Below, piece after piece: positions 38,420 through 48,064 of a stretch of DNA of 64,000 nt. The first letter of the stretch is position 1; each line of letters opens with the position of its first letter. The notes beneath the pieces are model-generated. The model did no database searches, was not told where the DNA came from, and saw only the letters and a list, made by a program, of their open reading frames with translations. Position numbers and translations under genes: made by a program. The stretch is from an uncultured Candidatus Saccharibacteria bacterium (GTDB lineage: Bacteria > Patescibacteriota > Saccharimonadia > Saccharimonadales > Saccharimonadaceae). The stretch lies in contig CAYZCX010000005.1 of assembly GCA_964477195.1 (NCBI GenBank), positions 11,832 to 75,831 of the forward strand, written 5' to 3'.

Positions 38420-38731
38420 TTATGATTTCAGCTCGACGCAGATCGTTTGTACTTCCGTATTGCCGATATTCTCAACGGCATGTGAGCTCTCGGGCGCAGG
38501 AATGACCTGACCTGCGGTGAGGTCAACATCCATTACCGAACCATCAGCACCAATCAGACGAAGTGCGCCTGGCTTTATAATATAGTTGATATTCTCCGGA
38601 TTTTTATGCATACCAACCTTATCACCAGGCTTAACGGTCACCTCGAGCATGCGTATGTGGTCATTTTCAAAAATAACTTTATGTTGATCGGGCGCTATCG
38701 CCACTATGTCATCGTGATGAGAAGTGTTCAT
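38420..38731 (-). CDS. cupin domain protein
   Basis: 103 aa, G.KVGMHKNPE....YIIKG...... small beta-barrel pattern. Confidence 0.7.
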   Translation of the reverse strand: MNTSHHDDIVAIAPDQHKVIFENDHIRMLEVTVKPGDKVGMHKNPENINYIIKPGALRLIGADGSVMDVDLTAGQVIPAPESSHAVENIGNTEVQTICVELKS

Positions 38732-38823
38732 GTTACTCTCCGTTATTGTTAAACTTTATTCTATATAATCAAGGGATGTATGGCCAGCGGACTCTGAAGC
38801 CCACTGGCCATAACAGCGCACCC

Positions 38824-39219
38824 TTACCCGGCGTACTCGACTTTACCATCACTGCGAACGATCCACCTGTCGGCGGACAACTTCACGGATAACACTTCGG
38901 TTAAATGCATAAACTCCTCCCACTTTTCCCATGTCGGCTCATCCATAACGACTGCACCGATGGGAGGGGAGAACCTCTGAAAATACTGGGTGATGAGCTG
39001 ACTGACCAATTCATCGAGGTCATCTTTCGGCATGTTTGCAGTATTGCCGCGCTGCCGAGGGGTAAGATATACGTCCATGAGAGTGGCTTCACTCCAGAGA
39101 AAATCTTCCGGATTCATCCGTGCGATTTTCAGAGCGATGCCTTCTTGTCTCATCTTGAGTTTGGCTGGTTCACACTGTTCGGGAGTAACGTCACCAAGCA
39201 CAAGAAGTAGCTTCTCCAT
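38824..39219 (-). CDS. hypothetical protein
   Basis: 131 aa, RBS AAGGA; no motif recognised. Confidence 0.5.
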   Translation of the reverse strand: MEKLLLVLGDVTPEQCEPAKLKMRQEGIALKIARMNPEDFLWSEATLMDVYLTPRQRGNTANMPKDDLDELVSQLITQYFQRFSPPIGAVVMDEPTWEKWEEFMHLTEVLSVKLSADRWIVRSDGKVEYAG

Positions 39220-39393
39220 GATGAAATCCTTTGGTCACTAGGGGATGCTCTGCGACTATCTACTATATCATTGACATATTTCTTATACAATATTCTAACT
39301 GTCTCGCAGTTTTAGTTCACAAGCATAATCGATACAGGAAATGATTCGTACATTCGGGACAAGGCACAAAAACGACGCACCTTGTCCCGAATG

Positions 39394-40011
39394 TTACTGG
39401 TAATGCACCGGACAACTATGATGATCCTTGTTCAGCTGTGGCCACCTGGACTGCAGCGTGCCATCTTCTAACGACGGAAGCCGTACTGGAGAAATGTCGC
39501 CAGGCTCCATACCGATATCTTCGACGATACACTTAAGATCTCTGAGAAGACGTGCCTCGTTCTGTTCGTCACTCAGCCCATCATCACACGACCAATACTC
39601 GAACTGGATCGCATCACCAAAGATCATCTGCGCCAAAAATCGTACACGAGGCTCGAACCACCGACCAGCGACAATAGCGGCATGTCGAAGATTCGGAAAC
39701 ATCACCCTCGTAAATAGAAGATTCTCAGGCACACTTGTCGAGTAGGGCTCGAGCATAATATCGTTGTCTTGAATATCTCCATACGTCTCGAGCAGATACT
39801 CCTTCAGAATGACCGACTCGCGAAACTTTCGCAACTTCTCGTTCTTTGGCCAGTACCATCCCGAAGGAATGATCACTGGCGCAACGCCACGATAATACAG
39901 CTGTGCGGCTAGATTCGCTCGAATCCTCGCCCCTTCTTGAATTTGTCCATTCTCATCCGGTTTGTGACCAAGCAGCAAAATTGCGCGCTCTACCTCTGAG
40001 TATGCATTCAC
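39394..40011 (-). CDS. DUF218/YdcF-like protein
   Basis: AILLLGHKP...RIRANLAAQLYYRGVAPVIIPSG...SVILKEYL...LEPYSTSVPEN matches the YdcF pattern from memory. Confidence 0.5.
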   Translation of the reverse strand: MNAYSEVERAILLLGHKPDENGQIQEGARIRANLAAQLYYRGVAPVIIPSGWYWPKNEKLRKFRESVILKEYLLETYGDIQDNDIMLEPYSTSVPENLLFTRVMFPNLRHAAIVAGRWFEPRVRFLAQMIFGDAIQFEYWSCDDGLSDEQNEARLLRDLKCIVEDIGMEPGDISPVRLPSLEDGTLQSRWPQLNKDHHSCPVHYQ

Positions 40012-40062
40012 TTATTCAGTGTACTGCATTATCTGATTCTAAAGCGCAGGAAAGCGTTCCGG

Positions 40063-40452
40063 TTAAGATTTCAAGCAGTTGATATCAAGGCGATGGCCAT
40101 CGAGATCACAGAATCCACGTGAATAAATGATTTCATCATCCATCGTTTCGCCTTCCGCAGTCGCACCAGCTGCAATAGCAGCATCAACCACCTTATCGAC
40201 GGATTCGCGATCATCAAGCTGGATAGCGACGCTGACTTCGCGCACAGTACTAGTGTCAGCGACGTCTCTCAGCGCGTTCTCCTTGAAAAGATCTTGCCCC
40301 AGAAGGATAAGATGGATATTTTCATCAACCACGACAAATACAGCCTGATCGCCACTGTATTGTTCATTGATCGAAAAACCTAAACTCGTATAAAAATCAC
40401 GCGCTGCCGCTACATTTTTAACAGGTAAATTGACAAAAATGGCTTTGCTCAT
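40063..40452 (-). CDS. VOC (glyoxalase/bleomycin-resistance) family protein
   Basis: FVNLPVKNVAAARDFYTSLGF...; 129 aa. Confidence 0.75.
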   Translation of the reverse strand: MSKAIFVNLPVKNVAAARDFYTSLGFSINEQYSGDQAVFVVVDENIHLILLGQDLFKENALRDVADTSTVREVSVAIQLDDRESVDKVVDAAIAAGATAEGETMDDEIIYSRGFCDLDGHRLDINCLKS

Positions 40453-40544
40453 ACTATTTCTCCTTTTTAGTAACTTATTTAAGCATAAGTATTATTATCC
40501 CATACTTATTGCGATAAATGATAGGGGCTTATAGCTTTTTGCAT

Positions 40545-41705
40545 CTACGACGAAACGTTACGCTTGAAGGCAATCGTTCGCGCCACAATATTTCTCCGAG
40601 AGAATTTTTCTATCGAAAGCTCGGTTTGTCTGGCATCTACGGGTATCCTCTCATCGATTTCTGCCACCCAACGATCCTGCCAATTAAGCGCCCACGCTAG
40701 CTCGCCCATTTGCCTAATTGTCGTATAGAGAGCCTCGGGATTCTTGGCAATAGACTCTACGATAGCAGCGGGTTCGCCATACGGCTTTTCCCAACCCGGT
40801 CGATCCGCCCAAAGATAGCCTTCGGTAAGCTCAAGTCGGCTATCCTCCGGAAGGAGAGCCTGTGTCTCGGCAATGCTAAAAGCGCCTTCTTTACCGCTAT
40901 ATAAATTGCGATTACGTCCCATAATAGAGCGAACAAAACCCGCTCGTGTCATATCTTTATTATGAGGGCCATAATTAATCTCACGCCAGCCCAACTGCTC
41001 GGCTATGCGAACTGCATAATGATCATTATCGGCAGCCTGACGAGTGCCAAAACGTCGGCTAGGATCACGGGCAAAGATTACTTCCTCGACCCACTCGGCA
41101 TCGTCTCTCCCAATCAACGCACCCGAAAGTCCCTTTGCAGCAAGCTGACTATACGAAAGTTCAGGGTATACGTACTCAACATTTTGCGTCGCATCGTGTA
41201 GCTGCTCAAGAACTACCTGACGACGCGCCGGCTGAGGCAATCGGCAACGTAGCGTCCAGAGCTCCGGGTCACCATCTTCTGCTTTATAGATAGGATCGGG
41301 GCGTTCATGAAGTGCGTTAATAAATGAGACGATTTGCTCCACCTCTTCTGAAGGTACGGGATATTGCTCTGCGGAGTGATGCCAAAGGGCGCTCTCTTCC
41401 TCCCGCATAGTCTGCCGAGAGACAAGCCTTCCATCGGTCAGATGATACATATAGACACCACCCTCACTCGTATAGAAGCGCAGCAGAGGACCACCGTCTA
41501 TACCCGTATCGTCATATTCGGTCGCACGTATACCCAATTGGACTTCATGCGTGCGCAGGCCATTAAGAGTGTTGTCCTGTGGAAATAGTCGAATAGCTTC
41601 AAGCATCGACGAACCCTCTATCGCGCAGTTGGGGTCTTTGAGGGTTTCTAGACGATTTTCTACAGCGCGGGCAAAGGGATGCGCAGAAAGTGATTCTCGT
41701 GTCAT
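40545..41705 (-). CDS. hypothetical protein (386 aa from ATG 41705)
   Basis: Long clean ORF with no recognisable motif; the tracked GTG start is at 41723. Confidence 0.6.
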   Translation of the reverse strand: MTRESLSAHPFARAVENRLETLKDPNCAIEGSSMLEAIRLFPQDNTLNGLRTHEVQLGIRATEYDDTGIDGGPLLRFYTSEGGVYMYHLTDGRLVSRQTMREEESALWHHSAEQYPVPSEEVEQIVSFINALHERPDPIYKAEDGDPELWTLRCRLPQPARRQVVLEQLHDATQNVEYVYPELSYSQLAAKGLSGALIGRDDAEWVEEVIFARDPSRRFGTRQAADNDHYAVRIAEQLGWREINYGPHNKDMTRAGFVRSIMGRNRNLYSGKEGAFSIAETQALLPEDSRLELTEGYLWADRPGWEKPYGEPAAIVESIAKNPEALYTTIRQMGELAWALNWQDRWVAEIDERIPVDARQTELSIEKFSRRNIVARTIAFKRNVSS

Positions 41706-41761
41706 ATTACACCATTTCAACACATTTTAATATGATACGCAAGACTGTTTACGAGACCTTA

Positions 41762-42196
41762 CTAAAGTTCTTCGGCCAGTTCTACAAGCAGACCTTCAGG
41801 GCCGCGCAAATAGCACATCTTGTAAACGTTTTGGTAATTATAAATATCAACAAAGATATCTAAACCTTTGGCTTTTAAGCCTTCTACAATTTGATCAATA
41901 TCCTCCACCACGAGAGCAATATGCTTGTAGCCGTGTCCATACATAACCGACTCTTGCTGGATAGCCTTTTCTGCTGGATTTAGAAATTTTGTGAGTTCTA
42001 GCTTGGTTTGGCCGCCTGGTATTTCCAGAAAAACAACGCGTGAGCGTGCACCCTCCCTGCCAACAACCTTATCGAGCAATTCACTCTGTTCTTCAGCCTC
42101 GCCCTGGACAGTAAAGCCAAGGTCAACAAAGAATTGCCTTGCAGCCTTTAAATCATTTACGACAACACCGATATGATCAATACGTTTGAGCTTCAT
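41762..42196 (-). CDS. VOC family protein (glyoxalase I / methylmalonyl-CoA epimerase-like)
   Basis: IDHIGVVVNDLKAARQFFVDLGF...GYKHIALVVEDID. Confidence 0.8.
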   Translation of the reverse strand: MKLKRIDHIGVVVNDLKAARQFFVDLGFTVQGEAEEQSELLDKVVGREGARSRVVFLEIPGGQTKLELTKFLNPAEKAIQQESVMYGHGYKHIALVVEDIDQIVEGLKAKGLDIFVDIYNYQNVYKMCYLRGPEGLLVELAEEL

Positions 42197-42271
42197 ACAC
42201 CCAGTCTAGAGTAGTCCTAACGGAGATGTCAACGCGCTATCTCTTAAGCTAGTTCGAGTTTTTACTGCATA

Positions 42272-42943
42272 CTAGATGGGATCGATAAGGCTAGGCTGGT
42301 CTGGTTTGGGGGAGTGCACGGCAGGACTTACCTCATAGATGGTCAACAGTTCCCTCGGGTAGGGACGGAGCATATCGTAGAGTGAGTTGGCGTCGGTAAT
42401 CGTCGGATCAAGCCAACGCGCCTCGTCTTCAGGCTTGACAATAACAGGCATACGACCGTTAGCCTCGGGCATATCAGGAGTTGCTTGAGCGGTAATTATC
42501 GAGTAGGTGTCGTGAATCATGCCTTCTGGATCCTGCCACTGGCTATAGACGCCGGCATACGCAAGCAGTGGCTCGCCGTCCTTAGGCTGGGCATAGTAAG
42601 CTCGCTTTTTACCACTTCCATTCAGCAGATAAAATCCATTTGCTGGCACAAGACAACGACTCTCGCGCACCGCGCGCTCCCAGCTGTGCCGCGAAAAGAT
42701 ATTCTCTGATGCGATATTAAACGTTTTGTAGCGAAATACTGAGTTCATATCCTTAGCACCTTTAGCAACAAGACCCCACTTCATCAACTTGATGATACGT
42801 ATACCCTTATCATTTACAATAACCGGAGCACTCATAGTAGGACTGTTGTTATAATGAGGCCTCACGCCTTTTGGCACGCCCCGAGTAAGTCCGAAGCGAT
42901 TGCTTAACTTGGCTATATCGTACAGGGGATATCGAGAGATCAT
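42272..42943 (-). CDS. SRAP (SOS-response-associated peptidase, YedK/HMCES) family protein lacking catalytic residues
   Basis: Family pattern HYNNSPT, MKWGLV, FNIASE, RCLVPANGFY and GRMPVIV. The N-terminus is MISRY instead of MCGR. Confidence 0.75.
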   Translation of the reverse strand: MISRYPLYDIAKLSNRFGLTRGVPKGVRPHYNNSPTMSAPVIVNDKGIRIIKLMKWGLVAKGAKDMNSVFRYKTFNIASENIFSRHSWERAVRESRCLVPANGFYLLNGSGKKRAYYAQPKDGEPLLAYAGVYSQWQDPEGMIHDTYSIITAQATPDMPEANGRMPVIVKPEDEARWLDPTITDANSLYDMLRPYPRELLTIYEVSPAVHSPKPDQPSLIDPI

Positions 42944-42960
42944 TGCCTCAGTATAGCGTA

Positions 42961-43626
42961 TTATGGCTTCTTCGTTGACGCAGAAGGCAAGGAATCGACC
43001 AGTTCGATCAATTCCTTTCTATCACTTGACGACAAATGCTTAAATAACTGCGCCATCGTGAAAGCCGATTGTGTCTTGCGTGCGATATATTGACCGACAT
43101 ACATGCCAGGAAGAAGTGCTAAAAAAGTCCCCGCAAATAGCACTGCGACCCCCATAATACTCCCTGGCGCAGATGTCGGAAAACTTCCGGTGATTATACT
43201 CACCTCAATGACCGCACCAAGAAAGGTGAGTATAATAATGAGCGGTTTGATCCAAAAATAATTCTTGTGTATCCGGTGGTAAAAGCGTATTGCGATAGGA
43301 GTCATCGTAAAAGCCATTACAAGGAGTGTCCCGAGAATAATTGACAGCCAGTCGTCGTTTGTTCGTCCAAAATACTGTACCAAAAGCGCCGTCACACCAA
43401 AAATTGCCAATGTCCACGATAGCTGGAGAACCGCCAAAGTATAAAGGAGCATCAAGGATGTCGGACGGTGAGTTTTGTTTTTAATGTCAAGCAATAGTTC
43501 ATCACGCGCCACAAATTGATCACGCCATCTAATATAAAACCGCAAGGCAAGTACAAATATCCCTACAATTATACTGGTAACAAGGCCACCGATAGCATTG
43601 GCAGTAATATCCTGAATCATGCACAC
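42961..43626 (-). CDS. polytopic membrane protein, unknown function
   Basis: 221 aa, about 5-6 hydrophobic segments. Confidence 0.6.
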   Translation of the reverse strand: MCMIQDITANAIGGLVTSIIVGIFVLALRFYIRWRDQFVARDELLLDIKNKTHRPTSLMLLYTLAVLQLSWTLAIFGVTALLVQYFGRTNDDWLSIILGTLLVMAFTMTPIAIRFYHRIHKNYFWIKPLIIILTFLGAVIEVSIITGSFPTSAPGSIMGVAVLFAGTFLALLPGMYVGQYIARKTQSAFTMAQLFKHLSSSDRKELIELVDSLPSASTKKP

Positions 43627-43738
43627 TCCTGTTTAATATGATTTTATTATGAAAGAGAAAGTACTCAATAGCAATGACTGATTATCCGAATACGCCCATT
43701 ATGAAATACTTAAAACTCCCATTGGAGCCGATGAGTTT

Positions 43739-44248
43739 ATGCTATTATCCTCCCAATTTAGCGAAGCATATAGAGACGCACGACAAGGAGCACCCTGGTA
43801 CGATAATGCGCTGTCACCCGAGGAAGCTCGTGACTACATGTTGCCCTTTACTGGGGAGTATGACTTTACAACATTTGCCGCAGTTGACTCAAGCGAGCGT
43901 ATTATTGGCGCACATGCCTTTTTCTCACTAAGTCTCAATGATCTTGAGCAGAAGCGTGGCGCAGCACTTCATGACTTTACCAAGCGAGAATATCAAGATA
44001 AACTGGCGGTGATTGCATGGGATCAAGAAATCTTCGTGAAACAAAAATACCAAGGCCTTGGTATAGCCAGGAATCTAGGGAAGTTAGCCTATAGGCATGT
44101 TACAGCGCAATACGAGAGCGGCATTATACTTCGACGAATACGGCAAGATAATATTGCATCAGTCAGAATGAGCGACACTGCCGCCTTCGATCGTACGGGA
44201 GTCTATGATTATAATCCATCGTATGAGTACTGGTATAAGATTTTTTAA
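43739..44248 (+). CDS. GNAT family N-acetyltransferase
   Basis: IFVKQKYQGLGIARNLG (motif A, Q/RxxGxG/A). Confidence 0.6.
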   Translation: MLLSSQFSEAYRDARQGAPWYDNALSPEEARDYMLPFTGEYDFTTFAAVDSSERIIGAHAFFSLSLNDLEQKRGAALHDFTKREYQDKLAVIAWDQEIFVKQKYQGLGIARNLGKLAYRHVTAQYESGIILRRIRQDNIASVRMSDTAAFDRTGVYDYNPSYEYWYKIF

Positions 44249-44306
44249 ATAACGACACATTGGGGCTTACCCTACGGGACAAAAGATATCTCCGGTAATT
44301 CTCTCT

Positions 44307-44341
44307 CGAGTGTGGCCGCGCGGTTGCAACGGCCACACTCG
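44307..44341. terminator. bidirectional GC-rich hairpin between convergent genes
   Basis: CGAGTGTGGCCG 44307-18 / CGGCCACACTCG 44330-41. Confidence 0.65.
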
Positions 44342-44396
44342 TACTACGAGAGTTGATCATCACCAGGGGTCGCCCGTGAATGATCGACAGGCAGGA

Positions 44397-45506
44397 TCAA
44401 GGATGCCAGGGTGCAGAGCTGGGACTTCCAGGGCACGACGTGTGGTTCGTGTCATTCATCTTCCCCTTGAAGCGCATCCACATGGTCTCATGGTCAACAC
44501 CGTCATAGTTGCAGACGATGGCCTGGCTGCGGATGCTCCGCCCACTGATCACTGGATAATCACGAATGGCAGGAAACAGCTTGTTCTGAATTCCAGCGTG
44601 CGCGTAGCCGTTCACCGGGTGGTCGTAATCAGCCGTGTATTCGCCAGCAAGCACCATGAGGACATGATTCTTGTCACGCGCCAGCCAATCCGCCAACATC
44701 GCGGACTTGTTCGGGTAAGCCTTGTCGCATCCTCCGTTGTAGTAAGCGTCTTTGTTACCGGGATCGATCAGCAGGATGAAGTTCACAGCCTCCCAGCCCG
44801 ATGGCCGCGCCGTCAGGTACATGATCGGCCCATTGCGACCCGAGCTCCAGCCAGCCAGCGTGGTAATGCGCTTGTTTGCCGGAGACTGCGGGACACTGTT
44901 GCTGGCGTTGCAGCCGGGCTGCCAGACCTTCTGGTCTAGTGTGACCGTCGCCGGTGAAGGCGCGCTCACCCAGTTGTAGGCGCTGTCGAACGGCCAGCGA
45001 TTCTTGTAAACCTTGATATCCGGCCCGTCGTACGGTGAATAGTACAGCGACCCACCGCCCGGAAGAGGCTGCGAACTGTCACACGGCGGCACACCGGGCG
45101 CCACTTGACCAGGACCCGTTCCGTCATTGACAAAATGGGCATTGATCCACCCCTGATTGGTACGACCGCCCGGAGCCGTTGGACGGCTCACATTGTTGGC
45201 CTTGTACCAAATGGTGTTACTGCCACCATCCCGCCGCGGCACGTTGGTGCCCCTGGACCAGCACTGAAGCTGCACGCGGTTGCCCGCATACACACCCCAA
45301 CCGCTCACCCGACTGGTGTCATCCCAGTTGGGGCTGTTGCGGAAGTACACACCATCCGGCGTATACTCAGATGTATTCATCACCGAATACGTCGGTCCGG
45401 CTGCGATAGCCGGCGTGCTCACAGCAAGCAGTCCGCCGCCCACCATGACCAGTCCGGCCATGAGAATGACGAACGGATGCCGCAGCCGCGCAAACAGTGC
45501 GCTCAT
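44397..45506 (-). CDS. secreted protein, SH3b-like N-terminal domain plus unknown Cys-containing domain (GC-rich)
   Basis: Signal peptide ...LLAVSTPAIAAGP. GVYAGNRVQLQCWSRG...IWYKAN...GWINAHFV resembles bacterial SH3. Six Cys in the mature part. Confidence 0.65.
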   Translation of the reverse strand: MSALFARLRHPFVILMAGLVMVGGGLLAVSTPAIAAGPTYSVMNTSEYTPDGVYFRNSPNWDDTSRVSGWGVYAGNRVQLQCWSRGTNVPRRDGGSNTIWYKANNVSRPTAPGGRTNQGWINAHFVNDGTGPGQVAPGVPPCDSSQPLPGGGSLYYSPYDGPDIKVYKNRWPFDSAYNWVSAPSPATVTLDQKVWQPGCNASNSVPQSPANKRITTLAGWSSGRNGPIMYLTARPSGWEAVNFILLIDPGNKDAYYNGGCDKAYPNKSAMLADWLARDKNHVLMVLAGEYTADYDHPVNGYAHAGIQNKLFPAIRDYPVISGRSIRSQAIVCNYDGVDHETMWMRFKGKMNDTNHTSCPGSPSSAPWHP

Positions 45507-45678
45507 GCCTTCACCTCAATTTCTCGTAGTAGGTTCGGCGCCTCGTGAAAAGCTCTGCTTGTAACAACGAGAGGCGCTTCAATACATAATAGTATATTTC
45601 TGCACTTAAAAATAACATTCACAAACCTCGTCGCTGAAGCTGAGAGAAAGTTCATTAAAAATAAGTATAATAGTAACT

Positions 45679-46437
45679 ATGGATATAAAAGTAGTCACAC
45701 TTAATATTTGGCTTGGCGGAATCCTCCAAGAGGAGTTTCTTTCATTCCTTAAGGAACAGGATGCTGATGTGCTTCTTCTACAGGAAGTTCATAATGGTAC
45801 CGATCCTACGCTAAAACCACAATTCCGAACAATGCAAATCCTAAAGGAGCAACTCGGCTATCCTCATGAAGTTTTTGCACCAGAGTATCTCGATATTACC
45901 GAAACCGATGGCCAGTTTCAGGTAGGGAATGCTATTCTGTCGAAATTCCCGATAACTAATAGCGACATTACCGATTTCATTCCTTACAGCGAAACCTATA
46001 ATAATGTCGAAGGTAATTATCACAACTGCCCCTATAATATGCTGCACGCTACACTCGATACTCCCGCCGGGGAGGTAAACGTCTTTAACATGCACGGTGT
46101 GTGGGATTTAAACGGTGACAATCCGGGGCCACTTCGTCAAAAAATGAGCAAACTGGTAGTTGCCGCTATAAGTGATAAGCCACGAGTTATTCTCGCAGGT
46201 GACACCAATGCTCGGCCAACCAATCCAGTGATGCAAGATATCGCCAAGCAGCTCCATAGCGTATTCGGGGATGAGTTAAGATCAACATTTAACATGCGTC
46301 ACAAAGACAATCCGGGTTACGCAAGTTCTGCTGTTGACATGATGTTCGTCAGTGACGATATTAAAGTACTGGGGCATGATTGCCCAGATGTAAACATCTC
46401 CGATCATATGCCACTTGTTGCGACGGTACGCGTCTAG
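45679..46437 (+). CDS. endonuclease/exonuclease/phosphatase (EEP) family protein
   Basis: VVTLNIW, LLLQEV, LAGDTNA, SDHMPL. Confidence 0.85.
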   Translation: MDIKVVTLNIWLGGILQEEFLSFLKEQDADVLLLQEVHNGTDPTLKPQFRTMQILKEQLGYPHEVFAPEYLDITETDGQFQVGNAILSKFPITNSDITDFIPYSETYNNVEGNYHNCPYNMLHATLDTPAGEVNVFNMHGVWDLNGDNPGPLRQKMSKLVVAAISDKPRVILAGDTNARPTNPVMQDIAKQLHSVFGDELRSTFNMRHKDNPGYASSAVDMMFVSDDIKVLGHDCPDVNISDHMPLVATVRV

Positions 46438-46480
46438 AGAAATGAGTTATATGAACTTTTTAGGAGTTTAGTAACCGTAG

Positions 46481-46624
46481 CTATTTAGTACTTTCTGTGT
46501 TCCTTTTATGTTTTACAAGAAGAACGATTCCCCAGATAATCGCCACCAAAACGAGAAGCCAGAATATAATTACTAAATACGGATATATGAGACCGAGCAG
46601 GTTGGCGATGAGACTTTCATTCAT
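46481..46624 (-). CDS. small membrane protein (47 aa), below ORF-track cutoff
   Basis: MNESLIANLLGLIYPYLVIIFWLLVLVAIIWGIVLLVKHKRNTESTK; RBS AGGAGA 7 nt upstream. Confidence 0.4.
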   Translation of the reverse strand: MNESLIANLLGLIYPYLVIIFWLLVLVAIIWGIVLLVKHKRNTESTK

Positions 46625-46700
46625 GTCTTTCTCCTATTATAATTTCTTAATTATAGCGTGGGATGGCAGCAAAGAAAACTTCACTGCCATCCCACCTCCA

Positions 46701-47087
46701 TCAGGAGGGCGGGGTCTCCTGCCGCTTGCACTTCCATCCGAAGATGTTGTTGTCGTGTACCGTTGCGACCGAACCCGGGTACTTCCAGTCACAGTATCCC
46801 TGGATGTCCAGCGAACCGGCGATCGAGAAACTCGGAACCGGGAAGGAGATGTCGTAACAGCGCAGGCTGTACGGGTCCAACGGGTTCAGAGTGATGGCCG
46901 CGAAGTTGCCCTGGTGGGCGCAGACCTCCGCAGGCATCGCCGGGTAAAGCACGTAGTAGCCACCTTCGGCCGCTGCCGGTGCAGCGGTCGCGACACTGGC
47001 GGCAACCGTGATACCAGCGGCAGCGGCCAGCATGACGAGACCTCGCTTGATGCGCCGGCCGAGGCCAGTACGCAGCTTGGTGTTCAT
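46701..47087 (-). CDS. small secreted Cys-containing protein (GC-rich)
   Basis: MNTKLRTGLGRRIKRGLVMLAAAAGITVAASVATAAPAAA signal peptide; ~90-aa mature part with 4 Cys. Confidence 0.55.
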   Translation of the reverse strand: MNTKLRTGLGRRIKRGLVMLAAAAGITVAASVATAAPAAAEGGYYVLYPAMPAEVCAHQGNFAAITLNPLDPYSLRCYDISFPVPSFSIAGSLDIQGYCDWKYPGSVATVHDNNIFGWKCKRQETPPS

Positions 47088-47280
47088 TCCACACTCCATG
47101 GCGTGTGTCGGATGTGAACGTTAGGAGATTAATGTCCAGGGACTCGGTCGGATCGGCCGATGAGTATAAACAATACAAACGCGAATGGATTCCGCGCTTG
47201 CTCTCACTGGTACGAAATTATGAAGGATGGAGTTTACTTTTGCAAGAGACCTAGGCCTTTTGGACGTCCGATCCTATTTA

Positions 47281-48064
47281 TCAGTTACTCGCAGACTTCC
47301 ATGAGTGTCCTCCCAGAAGTCGAACGCGATAAATCTCCCGCGGAAGTCCTTCGGCACCTGGCTCTCTAGGTGTGCGACTATGCAAGAATCTGCCGTTATC
47401 CCAGGCGACGACAAGACCAGGATTCCAAGGGATTCGTCGCACGTGGCTAGGATCTTGCATACTACTTTCCATTCGTCCAACTGTCGCGTCAGCCTCTTGC
47501 TGGGTAATTTCTTCGGGGCGGTGAAGTGTCCATGTTTCGCCATATGGCCCCATGCTCCAATACGATAAGTGATCTTGACCATCGTATTGACTAAGAATCG
47601 GGGTACTACCGACGCCTCCATTATTGGCAAGTTCTTGCTTCGAGACAGCAAGTATCTCCCGATCCCTGTCCGTAAGAGCGGCAGCGACCCGCGCCATAGC
47701 ACAAAGGAGCGTATCACTCCCGCTTCCCGGCGGTAATGCCTCTTTGCATCCGAGCATAGTGATACGCGGGCGTTCGTCAGGCGGCAAGAGGGGCCAGATC
47801 CACGTGCATACCCAATGGCTCGCCAAACCCTATGTCATCCGTCTTCAGCACGACACCTTTATAAGCTACCTCGTTCATCGGAGGAGATTCTGGCATAGGT
47901 TCACCTATCTGAGCACCGAGGTCGTAGAGCGCCGCTCGTGTCATTGCCCCCTCTAAGCGTGCGATGGCAACGCCTTCAGTTCGTAAATCATCAAGCATAC
48001 GATCGGGATCTGGGACAAGATCGGCCGCTGGACTTATTTCGAGATCCCTAAAAAAACTTGGCAT
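47281..48064 (-). pseudogene. TauD/TfdA-family Fe(II)/2OG dioxygenase interrupted by a 1-nt frameshift
   Basis: The N-terminal frame ends ...GEPLGMHVDLAPLAA* (HxD). The second frame continues LPPDERPRITMLGCKEALPPGSGSDTLL ... WNPGLVVAWDNGRFLHSRT. The frames overlap at 47777-47826 around a G4/C4 run. Confidence 0.65.
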
